Part shown: positions 61,192 to 64,000 of the stretch, in pieces
Layout of the letters: each line of letters begins with the position of its first letter
How positions within the stretch are numbered: position 1 is the first letter of the stretch
Source: Amoebidium appalachense
Taxonomy: Eukaryota > Protista > Ichthyosporea
NCBI GenBank assembly: GCA_963693365.1
Contig: CAVNZM010000002.1
Coordinates: 4,728,259 to 4,792,258 of the forward strand
Reading direction: 5' to 3'
Length of the DNA stretch: 64,000 bases
Made by a program: the position numbers and the translations under genes
Notes under the pieces: model-generated
Databases searched by the model: none
Told to the model about the DNA's origin: nothing
Seen by the model: only the letters and a program-made list of their open reading frames with translations

Positions 61192-61721
61192 TTTGCCAAA
61201 TTAAAAAAAGGACAAACGATACGAAAACTTGTACATTCAGACGTTGTCCTAATTTTTGTTCACGTTCGTGCCCCCTCATGCACACAGTGTGCGCAGTCAG
61301 TATGTGTGTGCATCATCATGATGGCGCAAACAGCCAGAGGTATCAGCCTTAAACCCATACCCTAAACTTCTTTTTCAAGGAGGTAATGGCTCACAAAGCG
61401 TCCACCAACTTATTGAAGATTTGTGTAAAATTACTCGTGATCTATGACGGCGTCCAACCTTTTTCATGATAATTTAGTTCCTTGTTGCTATGTGCCACCA
61501 GCGGCTCACAACTTTCGGAGCTGGAGAGGGAGTCAATGTTGCCTTCCAAGCTGATTTTAGGAGTTTGGAACATCATTTAGTCGATGTGCTGCTCTTTCAC
61601 CCAAGTTATACATCATAATACAACGAAAAAGGAATATCCGAGTGTTAATTTATTCTTTTTGTAGGTGAAAACGTCTTATGTGCCGTGCCCCGCTTAAACG
61701 GCACCCCCACACACAGACATC

Positions 61722-62013
61722 ATGGCAGACCATATGAGAACCATTCCCGAGGTTTTCGAAAACAACGTCACAGAATGCCTCCTTGCACGCACCAAGCAGC
61801 TAGGCAAGATAGTTAGTCTGGGCCCACCAGACCTCTGCCACATCACGAAAGTTCAGGAAAAACCCCAATCCATCCTCCGTTCTGGTCCGGCTCCCCCCTC
61901 CCTTATCGGGTCGTATCATCACGTCTATGGGGTTGACTGCTCTTCCCCGGCTGCCATTGCTGCGTATTTCAACACGCTGGTGAATGACCTGGGCAACCCC
62001 ACCATGAGCAAGG
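61722..62013 (+). CDS. First exon of a ChAPs (Chs5-Arf1-binding protein, Bud7/Bch1-like) exomer subunit; the gene continues beyond this exon
   Basis: IPEVFE...LLART..L.....LGPPDLCHITK...IGSYHHVYGVDCSSPAAIAAY matches the ChAPs N-terminus; GTACGT donor at 62014. Divergent from She9, 530 bp apart. Confidence 0.85.
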
Positions 62014-62448
62014 GTACGTCTTTAGATTAAATCTGGTCTTATTGTTTTTGTGTAGTTCCCTGTTTGGCGTGACACACAACCCTTTTTCTCTCATTTTTTT
62101 TCCTCTTCCCCACCTTTGCCTCTTGCTCCCCTGCTTCTTCGGAGCATGTGGTTGTGCCTTCGAGTGCGTATTGCGAGTGTGTGGATGTGTTCGAGTGGAT
62201 AGACTCGTTTCTCACGTACCCTTTTCTCTCGTGCGGAAACCTAACTCAGTTGCACAAGAACACAATCTAAAAACCACGTGAGCAGGCGGCAGTTGGCTGT
62301 TTATATCATAAGACTTGTCGAAAAAGTTGGGAGACACTTGCATATTGGCAAAAAAACCTGTGCACACTGCAAGTGAGAGTTTGGGCAAGGGGTGGAGGAC
62401 AGGGCTACATCGTTACACAGCTTGTTACCTTTGCCCCTCCCAACCCCC

Positions 62449-62480
<32 letters not shown>

Positions 62481-62804
62481 AAAGAAAAAAATAAAAATAA
62501 AAATGCACACCTTTAAAAATCGGGCACTGTGTTTGGCTTTTTGTAATGCTGTTTGTGTGTGCTATGCACTCTTTATGGTGTTGTCCGTCGTGAATGTGTA
62601 CTTCGTATCCTACGATACTGAGACCCCTCACCAACAACATACACCTACATCTTTCAATATACCTCTATAGTTACTGTTCCCTTCATTTCCTTGATATTCT
62701 TTCCAGTGTTTTCTTCTTCATGATTGGACGAATAAGGGAGGAATAATCGTGCATCTTCCCCCCCCCCTTTTTTTTCGGGTTGCTTTTTTTTGTGTGTGTG
62801 TGTG

Positions 62805-62838
<34 letters not shown>

Positions 62839-64000
62839 GTCCGATGTTTACTCGGTGTGTGAAAGTGGGAGGGTGAGGGTAGGGGGGTGGGCGGCGGGGG
62901 GGGGGGGGGGGGAGGGGGGGGGAGGCGGGGAGCATAGGTTAAGGCAAGGAGAGCATGGGACTGAGTGGGTGCAAGGGGGAGGGTGGGGGGGGGGGACCTT
63001 AAAGCTGGTCTGGTGGTGTTCTTTTCCCGGTGGGCTCTGTTCATGTGTTTTCTGCCTGCAGGTTTTTTTGTGTTTTGTGAATATTTCAACCTGAAACGCA
63101 AACATCCCCCCCCCCCCCCCCCCCCCCCCCCCCTCTCTCTCTCTCCTTCCCCCTCCCCAAGGCGCTCTTTTTTTCGTCTTTGTCCCTCTCATGTTCTTTT
63201 CATGGGATGCAGTAGTTAGTATGTTCCAACAGTCTATGATCTGTTTAGACGGCCGTGTGTAGAGGGGTGGTAGATGGCAGCTCCGTTATTCTGGTCTCCT
63301 GGACGATCCGGAAACTATGAAAACCCGAATGCTAGGATCTGACATCCAATTTGCTTCTTTTTTTTTTTTTTCTTCTTTTCTTGCTGGGGAGGGGAGGGGA
63401 GGGGGGGGGGGGGGGGGAGGTTAGGAGGGATGTGTGTGTGGGGAGGTGGTTGTGTGTGTGTGTTTGTATGTGTGGACGTGCACGTGCGCGTGTGTGTCGA
63501 GGCGAGTGCACGTGCGCTTGTGTGCGCCTATGTGGGTGTATGGGTGTTCGTCACGGTGCACACGCGTGTGCATGCATGGGTGGTGGCGGTGTGTGCGCGC
63601 GCGCGAGGATGAAAGATAAGTTGTTGGATTATTTGATCCCTCCATCATGCAACATGCTATGCCACGGCAACCACTCACTCCTTTTTTTCACCAACCACCT
63701 TTTGTAACTCAAGTCTGAGCAGTTTCCTTATATTCAATACTAACCCTGCACATACCTTCCATTTTTGATGCTGACAATCTTCCTTTCTGGACGTGATGTG
63801 GATGCGTATCTTGTACTAACCATATGCATGCCTTACATATGGTTGCCCACGTCATTTTTTCTCTAGGTGTCAGGTGTACAGATATGCCATTGACTATCAT
63901 ATGCGTGGCTTTCATACACGTGTTGTGACTGTTGTGACTTCTACGTATGGTGCTAAATACATTTTTGAGTGTGTGGTGAACTCATACATGGCAATCACTG

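Overview
Eukaryotic, intron-rich DNA saturated with poly-C/poly-G runs and (CA)n/(CT)n microsatellites; most long ORFs in the supplied track are artefacts of these repeats. Gene content (exomer ChAPs subunit, She9/Mdm33, transmembrane-RGS, C-x18-C GATA finger) suggests a non-animal opisthokont, possibly an ichthyosporean-like protist (inference). Host genes read by hand: last exon of an EXS-family gene (+), an intronless secreted protein with two copies of an unrecognised 6-Cys module (+), a 15-exon 4-coumarate-CoA-ligase/luciferase-like acyl-CoA synthetase with a mitochondrial-type presequence (-), an intronless bacterial-type class II HDAC (+), a pseudogenised multi-TM RGS gene (-), an ankyrin ORF overlapping a GATA-finger ORF (+), She9/Mdm33 (-) and the first exon of a ChAPs gene (+). 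Mobile elements: a full-length Ngaro-type tyrosine-recombinase retrotransposon whose recombinase ORF appears to need removal of a spliceosomal intron, a non-autonomous LTR element (tRNA-Arg PBS, 5-bp TSD), two MITEs, and a SINE-like family with a poly(C) tail whose intronic copies are sense-oriented and often sit just upstream of 3' splice sites. A hairpin-rich, T5-terminated ~265-nt segment at 44.0-44.3 kb is a candidate structured ncRNA. Family assignments come from recognised motifs, not database searches, and exon coordinates may be off by a few bases.
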